Source: Antedon mediterranea
Lineage: Eukaryota; Animalia; Echinodermata
DNA: 64,000 nucleotides
Assembly (NCBI RefSeq): GCF_964355755.1
Contig: NC_092671.1
Location: 11,222,001 to 11,286,000 of the forward strand
Reading direction: 5' to 3'
Both the position numbers and the translations under genes were made by a program. The notes under the pieces were generated by a model, which saw nothing but the letters and a program-made list of their open reading frames with translations, was not told the DNA's origin and searched no databases. Shown piece after piece: positions 14,589 to 28,922 of this stretch (positions within the stretch are counted from its first letter, which is position 1; each line of letters begins with the position of its first letter).

Positions 14589-15654
14589 AAGTTTTTTCTT
14601 TAACAATAATTTATAGAAAAATTAACTATAGTTCTTGATCCAATTTCAATTAAATTTAAACAAATTAAAAAAAAGGATGTTATACCACAAAATAAATTCA
14701 ATTTATAAGTATCTGTTTTATCAACAATTGAAATCAATTTACAGATTACTAGTATAGGCATATTTGAATTTCTCAACAATTGTAAGTGTAACTCTGTGGT
14801 ATCTATTGGCATCTAAATCTAAATCTTCATGCTATTGATATGGAATATTATTATATTCTTCACACCACCTGCTGATAATGCAAAGATTAAAATAGTGGTA
14901 AGGCACTTTCATAGCTGGCATAGTTAAGCACACGATGCTTAGTTATTATAGGAGAGATCGATGAGGCGTTTACAGCCTCGCGGGAGCAAACGCAGTACAC
15001 TAATAGTAAACAAGAATTCTATCTCTAACTTTGTATAAAGTATAAACAGCTTGAGCTCTCCCATCATTAATTTTCTAGTAAATTAAAGGCTGTACACACT
15101 CGTTTTTTTATTGGCTATTATCCAATGCGTTTGGAACACATGCGCACTAAAGAACATATATATTTTTATTTATTACGGTATAAAACATGAACAACAAGAA
15201 ACTCGAAATATTATTCAAATAACTAATTAACAAAATCAATAATTCCATTGTGTACAATTTTAAATTCGTTAAATATAAAAATCTGGCTTAACAATTAATT
15301 ATTCAACCATGTATTTCAGTTTAAGTTTTGTATATATTTAATACACCTAGATTTCTATCTAAATAACTTGCGATAGTCACTTAAGATATATCTAGTGACA
15401 GTGGCATAGCGTTCTATCACAACTAGTTCCTTTCAGTTTAGTTGAGTTGTTTTCAGTTTCAGGCAAACATAAGATATTTTATTCCTAATTTTTAAAAGGA
15501 AATTTAAATATTAGTATTAATTCGAATACTATGGTTAGCAGACGATTGTAATATTGTTTTACAGACAGAGTGTGTCCATAATTCGTGAGATATTTCCCAT
15601 GCGTTGGGTATACTGCACAATCCATACCTTATTTCATTAAAAAATGTCTACAAT

Positions 15655-15828
15655 TGCACTCCACCGCACCCCCATTGACGGTAGGATGAAAGTGATTTGG
15701 ACCAAGTCTGTACTTTTTTATGTTCACCGATTTTTGTCTCAAAGTACTATACGTATGGAACGCCATATGTGCCAAAATATTTATCTGTTTACTAATATAA
15801 GGTGAAACACAATCTAGAGCCCAGACTA
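15655..15828 (+). mobile_element. Interspersed repeat family F (TA-flanked MITE-like), copy 1
   Basis: ACGTATGGAACGCCATATGTGCCAAAATATTT...CCCAGACTA is shared with 25845-26031 and, inverted, 24353-24553. Left boundary approximate. Confidence 0.7.
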
Positions 15829-18600
15829 GTATAAAAGGCACGAAGTACGAAAAGTGCATGATTTCCGGATTTAAAGTAAAACGGGAACGTCATCAATACG
15901 TGTGTATCACGCGGATTAAAAAAATGTAAACGCAAGAAACGTGCATTTAGTACAATGAACAAATTCCATTATTGTATATAATTCCTTCACGTTCAATCTT
16001 GAATGATTTGCATAGTTTTAAGCAGAAATTACAATTTATTTTATGGATTTAGGGCCTATTCCTCGAGGGTTACTCTTAATCATGTTTCCCGCTATCTTTT
16101 TGCCTGCCTGTTTTATTCGGTACTTATTTATTATTGCAATTATGCAAATTACTTTTCCTCGGTATACTGTTGTACAAATTATAGCGTTCTTTTCCTGTAC
16201 TTTTAAACTGTAAAATAGTAACGTAATTAGGAAACAAATTACGAAGATAATCAAAACTATAAAATTATATGTTACGAAGGAACTTATATTGGATGTAAAC
16301 GTTACTTCACGGATTACCTATTTGAAATCATCTGATGTCTATTTGCAATTTTTGAAATGTTAGAAATATCATGCGGATTTATCTATAGAAGATAATAATA
16401 TTATTACATAATCCGCGCAATAAATACATTATTTATTTACTGGAACCCTCTTGATAATTTCTTTAAGAAGTTCAAGATTGCCTCCTTCATGAGCACAGTA
16501 CGTATACGACACATTAAAATCCAATAAGCGTGAAGAATATGTATGAAATCAAATACGTGATTTCTCTTAAATCACAGATGTATGATTATTTTTACTTCAA
16601 TGCAATACACAATCTCCCAACTCAATTTCGGGCAACGCTTGATTAATCATTAAGACATGTGCTATGTATAAAATATGAGACAGGTGAACCGATTGAAGCG
16701 GTATGGCAACGATAATACGGTTCGTCAGCTTATTTGTAAATTGAATTTACGCATTAATTCTCCAAAAGCCATGAAATTACATGTGAACATTAAGGTCGAG
16801 GGTTCGTTTATTTTTTAAGGAAGAATATTCCGTAGTCAAATTGCACTACGATTTAACAGCATGATTATTTTGTTAATCATTTTGTTCAGGCGTGAAAGAA
16901 TGCACTATACAAGGCTTTAATTAGTGGTATCGATTGATTTACTAAAACCCAATATAGGTTCATATCTCGTCTGTTGCCACTCAATTCTTGTCTTTCAATT
17001 GGCGAGACGAAACCTCATTATAGTACAGATAGTACATAGAACAACATACATCTAACTTCAATTAATGCATTTATTTTAAGAAAATATGATCACATATTGG
17101 CTAACATGAAATCAATACAATTTGACAATCGGGATAGTTTGTATTAACTTATTCCCCTTATCTCTGCTTTTGTTAAAAATTAAACTGAAACACGATTCAA
17201 TTGTTGACATATACATTATTAAGTTCACATGTTTACACAAATAATTCAGAGTAAAAGGTACAGTCAACAAAATTACATCCATTGTCGTAATCAGAGGACC
17301 ATATATAATTACCAGAAATGTTCATTTGATTTCCAGCACGTAATTACTCGAACGCCTTCATTAATTCTTCAATAACGTTATGGTTCTTAGACATCCATTC
17401 ATCTGTAATTTATAGAAATTTCAGAAGTTCACTACTTTAACTTCTTATTTGTATACATTTGTATACATGACAGCGTATGGTCTGACATTGTTAAAAACGT
17501 ATAAGGTGACATTTTCACAATACAAACAATAAATAAACATACATTTTGTTTGCAATAACACTTGTTATTCTCTGCAAGCAATTAATGGAGTAGATCACAT
17601 TTTCCATGAATGTGCTAAGTAAAATGAGTTTTAAATCGATAGTAACTAACGATCGATGGTGTTTATATTGTTGAACGCATTTGAACTGTAAAACCAATCA
17701 AAGTATTTGTTATGTGACGTGTTTGAACTGGTGTTATATTTTATAACATCTTAATATTTCCACGAATCTGTTATTAAATTTTTTTTATGAATGTAAACAA
17801 CAAAAGTAATAATAATTATTGCAAACAGATACATAAGAAATGGTATTGAACAAACTACGAACGATATTTAAAAATAATGCAACTTAATACATTTATTATT
17901 GGTTATGATATAATTCACCATCTCTTCTGACAGTTGAAATCAAACATTGATTTAAACGATTAGGAAACAACTATATATATCACTGCTCTTTATATAAACT
18001 TATTACTTGACCAACGAAACTTAATCATTCCACAACGACCGTTACCCTAACAAGTTTAGCTAAACTTTGACCAAAAAGGGTATTCTTCAGAAATTGATCT
18101 TACTTGATAGGGGGATTATGTCACTTAAGATTAACTATAAATCAGGATAAAGAATTCTTTTCCTGGATTATAAGAATACGATATAATGATCCGATAAAGT
18201 TAATGCTAACTTGAATTTAAGTATGATCTAGATGTCTACATGCGAGTTATGTTAAAGTGGCACATTTGGCAAAAAAAAAGTTTCTAATGATGATTTCAAT
18301 CATTTTAAAGGTATATCGCCGTATAGGTAATCGTCAATATCAAAAGCGTAGGTTAGCTAGTTCGGATGGCGGGGTGGGTGGGGATAGGGGGTGTAGAGGT
18401 GATCTACTGTTGCACTTTCAACCCTTTTCTATCTTTATATTATTCCTATCATTCTAAAATACTGAAAAAAGCCATAAACATTTCTTGTTGATTTTTTTTT
18501 TTTTATTTTATAAGATCATTCCATTACAAGTATATATGTATACGAGTACACGGAAAAGACACACTTATAATGTCAAAGTGCAAAGTCTACGTGGTAGAAC

Positions 18601-18630
18601 CATGGAGGTATAACTATATATACCTTCATG
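18601..18630. mobile_element. 30-bp CATGG-terminated palindrome with 7-bp duplication (probable P-superfamily excision footprint)
   Basis: GTAGAAC|CATGGAGGTATAACTATATATACCTTCATG|GTAGAAC; perfect 7-bp flanking duplication; same arms as 49727-49756. Confidence 0.7.
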
Positions 18631-18865
18631 GTAGAACATAGTGCGAGAAGCAAAGATAATACTTCTTTTCCTTAGGTAATCCATCAACCTCTACCTCGCT
18701 TAATCAACTCACCCTCAAATGTCAAATGTTTTATAATCTATGATTTTGACTTTTAGTTTTGCACCTGGCTTGTAAAGTGTATATCCGAATTGATAGTGTA
18801 CACAAATGTGTCCCATCCATCAACTGTGTTGATAATGACAGTTCTTAACCCTAGTATTTATCATA

Positions 18866-19009
18866 AAAGTATTAAGACGCGCTGTGATACCTAGGGCCTA
18901 TTTACAAAGTTTGTAACAAATAGGCGCCACCAACGTCTACTGTAAAGTATTACGATACACTACGATACCTGGGGCCTTAAAAAAGTTTTACACCTAGGCG
19001 CCACCAACG
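18866..19009. repeat. Diverged tandem duplication, period about 77 bp
   Basis: AAAGTATTA..GATACCT.GGGCCT..AAAGTTT..TAGGCGCCACCAACG occurs twice. Confidence 0.75.
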
Positions 19010-20360
19010 CCACCTTGTAATATTTTGTATTGATCCTGAAAACTTAATTTATGTTAACTTTATCGTTGGAAAACCTTCAAAACTTTCAAACAAAAATTCG
19101 AATCTCACAGAATTCCAGAGAGATATTCCCGTTTTCACCAGTGTTTATAGTTTTATTGTAACTTTCATTTATATTTAAAAAAAAACTTAGTGCAAAGGTA
19201 ACATGGACAATCTCAGTGTTCAGGGTTATATTCATGTTCTATATCATGAAATTAAAACAACGATACAATAAATAAAAGGATATTAGTTTGAAAGGTGATG
19301 AGTTAATTGTAGGTCTAATAAACAACGGAAATGGCGGTTTACAATAGATACCATCTTGAGCTTCGAGTATTAATGATAAAAAAAGGGAAGGTGCATTATA
19401 TACAACTTTAGTAGTATATAGTAGTATAGCGGAATAAAATCAATTTGAGAATATTGGCAAATGATCGTATTACTATTTTGACAATATAATATACACATTA
19501 ATTTCAGCTTTAATTGTCATCAACATATCAGCTTACTCATTTAAACGAGGTATACATGGATAATAGAACTTCTACAATTTTATATTTTATTGCTGATATC
19601 AAAGAATAGTTCAAATTTAGATTGATATTGGACCTACATTTCAGTATCATTGAATATTAATTTAAATCTTCCTTTTTATAGATAGACATCATATTTATGC
19701 TATTCTAAATAGCAACAGCTCTCCAGTTTGCAATTTCCTCCAAGGATTAGACTACGTTTTAAAGGTTTTACAAAAAATCAATAATATTTGTGATTAACCA
19801 CCGTAATTATTTCAATTTACCGGTTTGAAGAATGTTAGCTAGAATGTTAGTAATTTGTTGTTTTCTTTTAAATCAACTGTGATGAAATAGCATTAATCAT
19901 CTTACTCGACGTCGGAGAACCGTCTTTAGTTTAATTACTTTTCATAATGTTTCACACGTACCAGCGCCAATTAAACACAATTGCCGTATATCATTCTTTT
20001 TATATCGGAACTCTTCCAAATCACTGATTTGTAAAATTGTTCTTATATTTTTGTAGTAGTAATATTTATAAATTAAGGTAAACTAATGTCTTAAAATTGC
20101 AAGGTTCTATGAAATAAATAAATTCTATTTTTTTACACACACTGCAAACACTACTGCAGTACTCGGTAAGTATACTGTGTAACTTTAGAATATGACAATT
20201 ACCGGTACTTATTCTTAATAACTTCCTTATAGGATGGAAAGTATCATCCAACATGGCTAGTATTTATACACATCTATTGCATTGAGTGCATATATTTTGA
20301 ATCATGGATGGTCACCGGTGTATTTTGGAGGAAGGATCATAAAAGATAAATATCGGAAAA

Positions 20361-21050
20361 TGGAGTCCAACTCAAGAAGTCCAAAAGAACTCACAAAGTT
20401 CTACTCAAGAAGTCCAAAAGAACTCAGGAAGTTCTACTCAAGAAGTCCAAAAAACTCATACACTTCTACTCAAAAAGTTTAAAAGAACTCATGAAGTTCT
20501 ACTTAAGAATTCCAAAAGAACTTATGAAGTTCTACTCAAGAAGTCCATTTCAAGAAGTCCAAAAGAACTTATGAATTTCTACTCAAGGAAGTCCAACAGA
20601 ACTTATGAAGTTCTACTCAAGAAGTCCATTTCAAGAAGTCCAAAAGAACTTATGAATTTCTACTCAAGGAAGTCCAACAGAACTCATGAAGTTCTACTCA
20701 AGAAGTCCATTTCAAGAAGTCCCAAAGAACTCATGAAGTTCTACTCAAGAAGTCCATTTCAAGAAGTCCCAAAGAATTCAAGAAGTCAATTTCAAGAAGT
20801 CAAAAAAAACTTATGAAGTTCTACTCAAGAAGTCCATTTAAAGAAGTCCAAAATATTTTATGAAATTTTCAAGAGGTTCAAAATAACTCATGAAGTTCTA
20901 CTTAAGAAATCTAAGAGAACTCATGAAGTTATACTCAAGAGGTCCATTTCAAGAAGTCCAAAGAACTCAAGAAGTTCTACTCCAGAAGTCCAACAAAAAG
21001 TCCAATTCAAGAAGTCAAACTCATGAAGCCAAACACAAGAAGTCCAACTA
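20361..21050. repeat. Minisatellite: 33-bp unit AAGAAGTCCAAAAGAACTCATGAAGTTCTACTC plus 14-bp subunit AAGAAGTCCATTTC, with an 81-bp higher-order repeat
   Basis: Directly visible. The 11-aa and 27-aa periodicities in ORFs 20282-20482 and 20571-20816 reflect the 33- and 81-bp periods. Confidence 0.93.
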
Positions 21051-21982
21051 ACTAATTTCAACATAATATACAATGGTCTTCTACAAAATATTCTGCATTA
21101 ATAACTAAACATTTCCTATACACTACATTAAGAATTACTTGGCTTTCAAGTGTTTAAAACTATTTAAATTTTAATTACAGATATAATTTGTCACGTCTAT
21201 GTGATAATTTTTTCCAAAATAATCAGCAATATAATTGGTAAAAATATTATTGTTTGATGAATAATATCTTTAAATAGCAACTTCATTTAGCCTGGATCCC
21301 AAAGGAAATGGTAAATCTGAATTTAAATGTATCAAATACGTATTAAACTTATTGTTAATTCATGGCATCATGACAGATAAAGGTTGCCAGGTTCTCTCAC
21401 TTTGCGTTAGACTATACAGTATAATATTGAATCTACAAGTATGGCTTTAACACATAATTAGCAACGAGCCTCTAAAAGGCACTTTTCTTAAAATTACTTA
21501 ATACACACGCGTCAAAAAGACAATTCCGTCAGTCATTATTTTAGTCCTACGACTGTATAATAATTACTATTATAGTATTTAGGTTCAGAAGTTCAGTTAA
21601 ATTATAATAATTAAGTTACGAACGTATTATAGTACATTGAGTGATATGTGCTATTGGAATTCGGTTAGTGATTCTTAACTACTTACTATTTCATACGCAA
21701 TGAACGCATTCGCTCTGAGCAAATATAAAAAAGCTCAATCTAAGTTGAAAGTTTTATGAACAAAAATGCAATTAATCACAGTTTCAATTTGCAATTATAA
21801 TGTCAAGAACAGTGATCGATGATCGTACTGCAGGTACGTAGTATAATATGCCTGTAGCATCAATATGGTCATGTAAGTCTCAATAGTTTGTTACAATTTC
21901 TACATGAAAATGTAATTAAAGAATAGTTTTGTAAACAGACACCATAAACCACACTCTTCCTAGTCCGTTGACGATTTCATAG

Positions 21983-22316
21983 ATTACCTTGAATTTACCT
22001 TGAATCGCTCAGTCTATCCTCTTTCGATAGAGTGTGGCAGGGTTAAGGGGGCTTTTTGGCCCATTATAAACCCATGTGTTTGTTTATCTCTTTCTTGAAA
22101 CAGAGTAGGTTTGGAGCAGATATTGCACTTTGTGGTAAGTTGTTCCAGTCATTTACTACACGCTGGCTCTAGAAAAATTTCCTACTGTCCAGATTTGGTT
22201 TTTCTTTCCTCAATTTGTACGAGTGTCCTCTTGTCTTTCCATACTCGGCTTTCTTACAAATTTTTGTAGGCTCAATTTTATCTTTCTGTGTTATAATGCG
22301 GTATGTTTGTATTAGA
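21983..22316 (-). mobile_element. 5'-truncated CR1-clade LINE (ORF2 C-terminus plus 3' UTR), inactive
   Basis: The minus strand reads LIQTYRII...KTRGHSYKLRK...RKFF*SQRVVNDWNNLP...FKKEINKHMGL*, the typical CR1 ORF2 C-terminal motif, with an in-frame stop. It ends in a tandem ATTCAAGGTAA tail. Confidence 0.88.
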
Positions 22317-24352
22317 TATATAAAGGCCTGAATACACCTTTTGTAAGACAATAATTCATAGAAATGTTTAAAATTTCTGTTCAGTATTCAAATTGTACGA
22401 AACAGAAATAATACCATATTAGGCTGAAACTGACACAACCCGAAAATGAGAAATCTTTTACAGATTCAGTACTCGTACCAGGGAAAAGTAAAATTGTTTA
22501 ATTTTACTCTTCCTGGCTCTTACAATAACCGTGGATACCTTTCCTCAGGGTATTTTAAACTCTAAAACAAATCCATGCAGATAATTTCAGATTATGTCGG
22601 TGTATTTTTAAATCACACAAAAACACGGATTACAAACCATCAAACTTCATACGTGTTATCACATTGATTTTCATTGCCAGTCGGTAACACAGTAAGCGAA
22701 TCAATAATCATTATAGATTAAAATATAAGTTGACAAGTTAATCATATCTAGCTGCTTTTTAGGCACCTCCGTACCCACTGGCTTCCGGATATAACAGATT
22801 TGGATTTGTCCATGGTGGTTACAAAACGATAGAGGGCGCACTATAAACCTAACTCGAGCGGCGCGATACACGCATAAAAAGCGGTTTAAAAACATCGATT
22901 AACCATCATAAATAGATTTTATAGATTAGATACGTTATACTATTAGTATAATGACAGTGTCACAGATTGGTTTTGAAAACAATTCCATATTATGTATTAA
23001 TAAAAGTGCCTATGTAAATGATGTTTTGCATAGGTAAAATAAAATGATATGTACATCAGATAAGAGACAAATTATTGTTTTCAAATATGTCAAGGTTTGT
23101 GTTTCAGTGTTCTTAATTGGAAGTAGACATCGCTTAGGAGAGGGAATCGGATATTATCTTATCAAGGTATACTACTGTGTGATTCGGAAGCAAATATACA
23201 GTTATTACAAATACACCTAAACACCTGTTCTCGTATCTTAATGGCGCTATTTTGAGCTGGTTAAAGAGTACACATACGTACGTGACAGACGACGATATGA
23301 ACATATTGCATAATTATCATTAAAAATACGTTATTCATTCACTAATTACTTTGTTATCATATATCTTTCAATAACGTAATTTAAATATCAAATTAGATTT
23401 ACAAAATTGTCTTTTAAATAATTCATCCTAATACTAGTACCCGACATATATATGATTTCAAATATATGAAAAATAATATTTATATCTAGATGTTTACTAT
23501 CTTTTCAAACGAAAAAAAAACCAAACAATAGTATTAAATACAACAACACATAATTCATTCTAAGCAAATTAACTGATCCATTTAATAATAGGCATGAATC
23601 CGGTGGGACTACTTTTTAACCAGTTTTAGGATCTACGGAATTATATCCTTTTCATATCGCGTATATGCATTTGAAACATTACTGGGTAATTTACAATAAA
23701 TAACAACAAATAACGCCATTCCACAAATAATTACATTAACAACTGTTTATCTTAGGTATTTTTAGTAAAAACAAACATATTTTAAAACACTTATGGGCAA
23801 ATAACAGATTCAATATTACATAGCTTAGTACTATAAAACACAAGTAAGTGCTTGCTTAGATGGTTTTAAGTGCGATAGGTACGATGCTTAAACCGTGTCT
23901 TGAGAGAATCACTTAGCAGTGATTGTTCATGTTCATTTCAGACAACAGAGAGTACTTAATGTGAATCTAACATAAAGTGAATCCATTACATATAAGTGAG
24001 TTTACAAATTTACATTCAATTTGGGGATTATGAATTCTGTCTAAATGATAATGTGAAATGGGTGACGATGTTCCTCGCATAAACCCATATTCTGCGATTG
24101 ATGCTCGCAGAATCAAAACGCTCTTCATTTCGATTAATAATTTTTTAAAAAGCACATGAAGAAATTAAAAAATTCTCATTTAGTCAGCATTGAGAGGAAG
24201 TCCTTGGTTGCTAAGGTTTCTAAATCTCTCCCTGGATTAACACCGGATCAACAGACAAAAGATGAATCAAGATATAGAATATCTGATGTACGTGAATGTT
24301 TCATGCAGAATTATACTGTTGCTAGGACAATAAGAATCAGTAGCAATGCAAT

Positions 24353-24553
24353 TAGTATGGATTCGCAGACGGAGTTCTTACTTAATAGTTAAAATATAAA
24401 TATTTTGGCATATATGGCGTTTCATACGTGTACTTTTGAGCTTGTATTTCAGACAAACAAACATTGAAAAGCCTCGAAATAACTACAGACTTGGAGAAAG
24501 TCTATTTATCAATGTGTAAAGTGGTGGAAAACACACACGTCTGTACCAGACTA
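24353..24553 (-). mobile_element. Family F MITE-like element, apparently complete (coordinates include flanking TA)
   Basis: TA|GTATGGATTCGCAGACG...CGTCTGTACCAGAC|TA short imperfect TIRs; the body is the reverse complement of the other two family F copies. Confidence 0.7.
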
Positions 24554-24586
24554 GCATGTGAGAATTCTTAGTATTACAATATTTAA

Positions 24587-24697
24587 AGCTCTATCAACTA
24601 GTTTGACAAAAAAGTGTGATGTGCCCAAATATGGTAGTGATATGACATCATCATCACATTTTGTTGTCACATAAAGTTTGATAGTGTAGACAGAGCT
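24587..24697 (-). mobile_element. MITE family A copy with internal deletions
   Basis: TAA|AGCTCTATCAACTAGTTTGAC...AGTTTGATAGTGTAGACAGAGCT|TTA. Confidence 0.85.
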
Positions 24698-25844
24698 TTA
24701 GTTAAGAAGTTATCATTCAAATGCCAATTACATAATGCATTAAATACATGTATAAAATTCTAAAAATAGAATATTATGAAAATAGAATTTGACATCGATT
24801 ACAGGAAAAACTCATCATTCAAGCGTGGTGAATATCGTAACTCTGTACCTGTAAGTTTAGAATAATGATTATACTATTCAAAGGATAAGTTATTTTGGTT
24901 ATTGATATCCAGTATAAGGTTTCGACGATGATATTGTGCCATTGACTGCCCAATAACACTTGATCTTTAGTGTACATTACCCAGGTGTTTTTTACATGAT
25001 ATATCAATAATATATTCTTCTTCTCTTTTATTATTAAATGTCATTTAAATTCCGGGGTTTCTTCCTTGAAATAATATTGTGCCTATAATGACGTGTCTTA
25101 ATTTTTAATTGAATTTCTTCATGATTGCCCAGTAAATGTATCTTTTATTAAGTACAGTCATATTAAAATTTAGTACATTTTCATGTTTATTTTTTATGAA
25201 GAATTCGCATCAAATTGAATTGTTGTCCATCCGTTAAAACTCATTCATTGGTAAAAATCAGTAACAGTAAATGCGACAAGAATAAGATTACAAGAAATGC
25301 ATATGTGCAGTAAATGGAACTGAAAATAATAAATGTTGGCGACGACTTACAAAAGAGAATGAAATGAGCAATGGTGTAAAACTTCAATAATATTTAACAT
25401 GAAAAAAAACAGAAAAGGCATTGGATAAAAGATTATAGTTTTATTAGGCCTATTAACCTATTCATTTTTTTTTTTACACAATCGAAATTAGAACGTATAG
25501 GCCTACTGTATAATTGAAAATATCAGAATTAATATTAGGCCAAAATACTAATAATCTATTATTAGATATTAAATTATGCTTTCAAATGCGTTATTCATGT
25601 ATTTTTTATATAATGTATGAATATGATATATTTGTATACCAGATTGAAGTGAACAAAATGTTATGGGATTTCATAATGAATAAATCATAGACCAGATGAG
25701 AATACTAAATAATAAATAGAATTATAATTTAGGTGAATTTTATTACACATTGCAGGTAACATAATTTAGAATTTGTAATAATGACAAAATTGAAGAAAAG
25801 AAAGATCACACGATAGGCTATTATTATAATGATTTCATTGTACT

Positions 25845-26031
25845 CATAAATCTAGACTTGCCGCACGTCTGTATTTATTGTCTTTTTTATGTTAGTCCAC
25901 AATTCGACGTTTCGATTTTTGTCAGAAAAGTTTACAAGCTCAAGTAGTATACACGTATGAAACGCCATATGTGCGAAAATATTTTTCTTTTTACTAATAT
26001 TAGGTCAAAACTCCGTCTGGAACCCAGCCTA
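25845..26031 (+). mobile_element. Family F, copy 3
   Basis: ACACGTATGAAACGCCATATGTGCGAAAATATTT...CTCCGTCTGGAACCCAGCC|TA. Left boundary approximate. Confidence 0.7.
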
Positions 26032-28922
26032 TCATAAATCAAACGTCTCCCTGAATACAACTCACAATGATCATGATACGCACACACGCACGAGTTTACG
26101 AGTCATCTTTCTTGAGTCAATATACTCAGTATCAGTATTTAAACAGTTTAGAGAATATGGCGAATCACAAAGTAAAGCGTGTAGAATTAATGTTATCAGA
26201 TATATTTTCATTATTTTTTTTTCGAATAATACTGTTGATTCAATGTATTGTTGAGTTGTGTAAATGTTGACTGTGTTTACCGTTTGGAGGGAAAGAAAAT
26301 GTTTATAATGATATCCGTTTTGGATATACTGTACTGCTAACCTATACTTGTAACTTTACTTGTTCTATGTATTTTTTAAAATCTTTTTATCAAAATCAAT
26401 ACTGGATTTTACAATCGGGTAAAAATGTTTTACATTGTGGTTCTGCCTTAGATACAAAAAAAATCGAAAAAAGAATGTTTTATGGAAAGAAATGAGATCG
26501 ATATTTCTTTAAAGAAAGTAATTGTTCTATTATATTCTATAAACGTTTTTATATGGCGCCCTATAAAGTACAGAGTGCCTACCAATACTACAGTAGTAAA
26601 TAATTAAGACGTTTAAAAAAAGGTGCCGACGAGTTCATTTTACTAAGGGTATAGCGGGGTATTGTTATATTTATATTCATACCCCAAAGGCATGCCAGTT
26701 AGGAACGATATATATTATTTATATAATATTTTATTCTTTATTTGTCACAATTATTAATATGTTACAACAATTTGATTACATTGTTTCTAATAATTACAGT
26801 ACCTTATAGTCTTAGAAAATACATACTCGTAATTTGAGCTATCTGACTAAGCAGCATTAATTTATCTAAATGACATTAATAATCAAGTCGACAGTCGGTA
26901 CCCAAGTTCTAATTTCATGAATACTTGCGTCATGCTAAACTAGGTCATTGATTTAATATCGATTAAGTAATGATAACGATTAGAAATCTATGATAAACGT
27001 ATAACTATACTAATCGGTGGTTCACATGAATCCAATTCATTCAATCTGGAGGCTATCGTGTAAATAGAACTCCGTATCAATAATAACAAAAGTTTAAAAA
27101 TACATGTCGCAATGACATCTGTTTTGTCATTACTTACAAAAGAAGAATTATGTGTTTTCGGAGGTGTTTCGCTGCGCATGGCTAAAAGCTTTGCCGTCAG
27201 AGATGACACAAAGTGTCTATTCTGAACCCAAAGGCTGTGTTTAGCCTCTGATCTTATTAAACCGCCTGTCGCGTTAAATCTATAGTCACATTCCGTTAAC
27301 TTATGAAGAATCACACGTATAATATGCGCATTCCATAATTAAAATATTGATAAATGCGCACTGCTTTCCATATATACTGAATTATTATACATTTTAATAA
27401 AACATGCGATTACATCCATGCAGAACATTTTAAATGACACTTTAGTATGTTTGAAGTATTATAGAAAGCCGCTACGAGTGTTTCCACGCACACAAGTACC
27501 GCTCTCGAACGATCAAGTCATGTGAAACGATTATTCCTGTCACAATCTAAGCACCGCTTTTCAATAATTCAAATCAAGGAAGAAGAGTAATTAGTCTTCC
27601 CTGATTAAAGTAATGTTTTTGCTGCTGCATTATCTTTGATTATGGAGGCTTCATACATACATTTATTTATATCTTTCAATATTAATAATTAAAGTAACAT
27701 TTAAAAAAAATGCTTTTTAGCCCACAAAAATGAATCTCTAAAAGAGTTAAAGGTGACATTCTGTCTGATTTAGAGACTTGCTGTACTACTTACAGAAATT
27801 AGTGATAAAGTGATTTAGAAAGAAACGAAACTTTTAGTTAATCATTTAGAGACGTAAATCACACCTTAATATCACAGTTTTTTATGCATTTGTGTAATTA
27901 TCATGTACCGTACTTTTTGGATATATAGTGACCTTATGACCAAAAAAAAAATTATTGGTTTTATGTTGTACATTTCCAGACAATACAATTTATGTGAACT
28001 TAACTTCTTTGTACGCCCACTAAACACATCAAGAACAAGGAAAAGGTCTCAGTACAGTCCTAGTACAGATAAATGATAATCGTTAAGGAATTAAAACAAG
28101 AAGGTATAGGAATTTATGACAGATAAATCGGCGCAGCTTGAAGATCTTTTCTGAATGGTCGAATAATGAAACGATTCACTATAGAGGGCGCATGGCGGCG
28201 TTCTATTCGCCATGTTTTTTTAGCTTTGAAGTATTAAATGTGTTAGCACTGCAGAGTACTGTCAGTTACGCGATGGACTGACCACGGACTGACACGGACG
28301 TCTTGCCTATGTCTTAACTACATCTGCTTAATAACCTAGGTAAGCATATATATGTTATATTTAAGTTTACATTTTTAGACAACGGGAATGACATTTTCTT
28401 AAATCGATGCATGGTCGCAGAAATTACACTTATAATCGTTGATTACTTTTAAGTTGTATTTACGTACATTGCCAAATCATTATTTCAGTTAATATACGGT
28501 AGGAGTAATCAAATGTGAATTTTTCATTACAGTATGAGCGTGTGTCTAATACTTTTATTTAAATTACAGAAGGTTAAATGCCCTGAAGGCAATGTTAAGT
28601 AATACAATAATATCTAGTTTCTTATAACCGGTGTCAGAATACGGTCAATTTGTTAATATTATTAGGTGTACGCATCATCATTGTGTCGAAAATAAAAGTA
28701 ATAATAATAATAATAATATACATAATATTGTATCCATAATTTCCCATATATAATATAACCACTACAACTGTGTATCAGGATTTTTGTTAGAAGTGAGGTA
28801 AATAGTAGGCCTATTACCATAACTGCGAAATCTTTCTAACGTAACGTAGCACTGTAAACTGTACATGCAGGTCTATGTTTACAAATATTCATATGTTGTA
28901 TACCCCTGACAAAATAGGTTAC

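Noticed and set aside
20282-20816. RSPKEL-repeat ORFs as SPKK-like basic proteins
   Set aside because: They are translations of the 33-bp minisatellite, broken by stops and frameshifts.
24353-26031. Single 1.7-kb element with long TIRs formed by the two inverted family F copies
   Set aside because: The left copy has its own pair of short termini (24353-24553), so two separate insertions are more likely.
28167-28187. T7 promoter-like ACGATTCACTATAG (also CACTATAGGG at 5079) as vector contamination
   Set aside because: Several mismatches and no adjoining vector sequence; better explained by the CTCF-like motif.
28275-28300. REST/NRSE-like site ACCACGGAC
   Set aside because: Lacks the CAGC and AG flanks; it is a short local GGACTGAC repeat.
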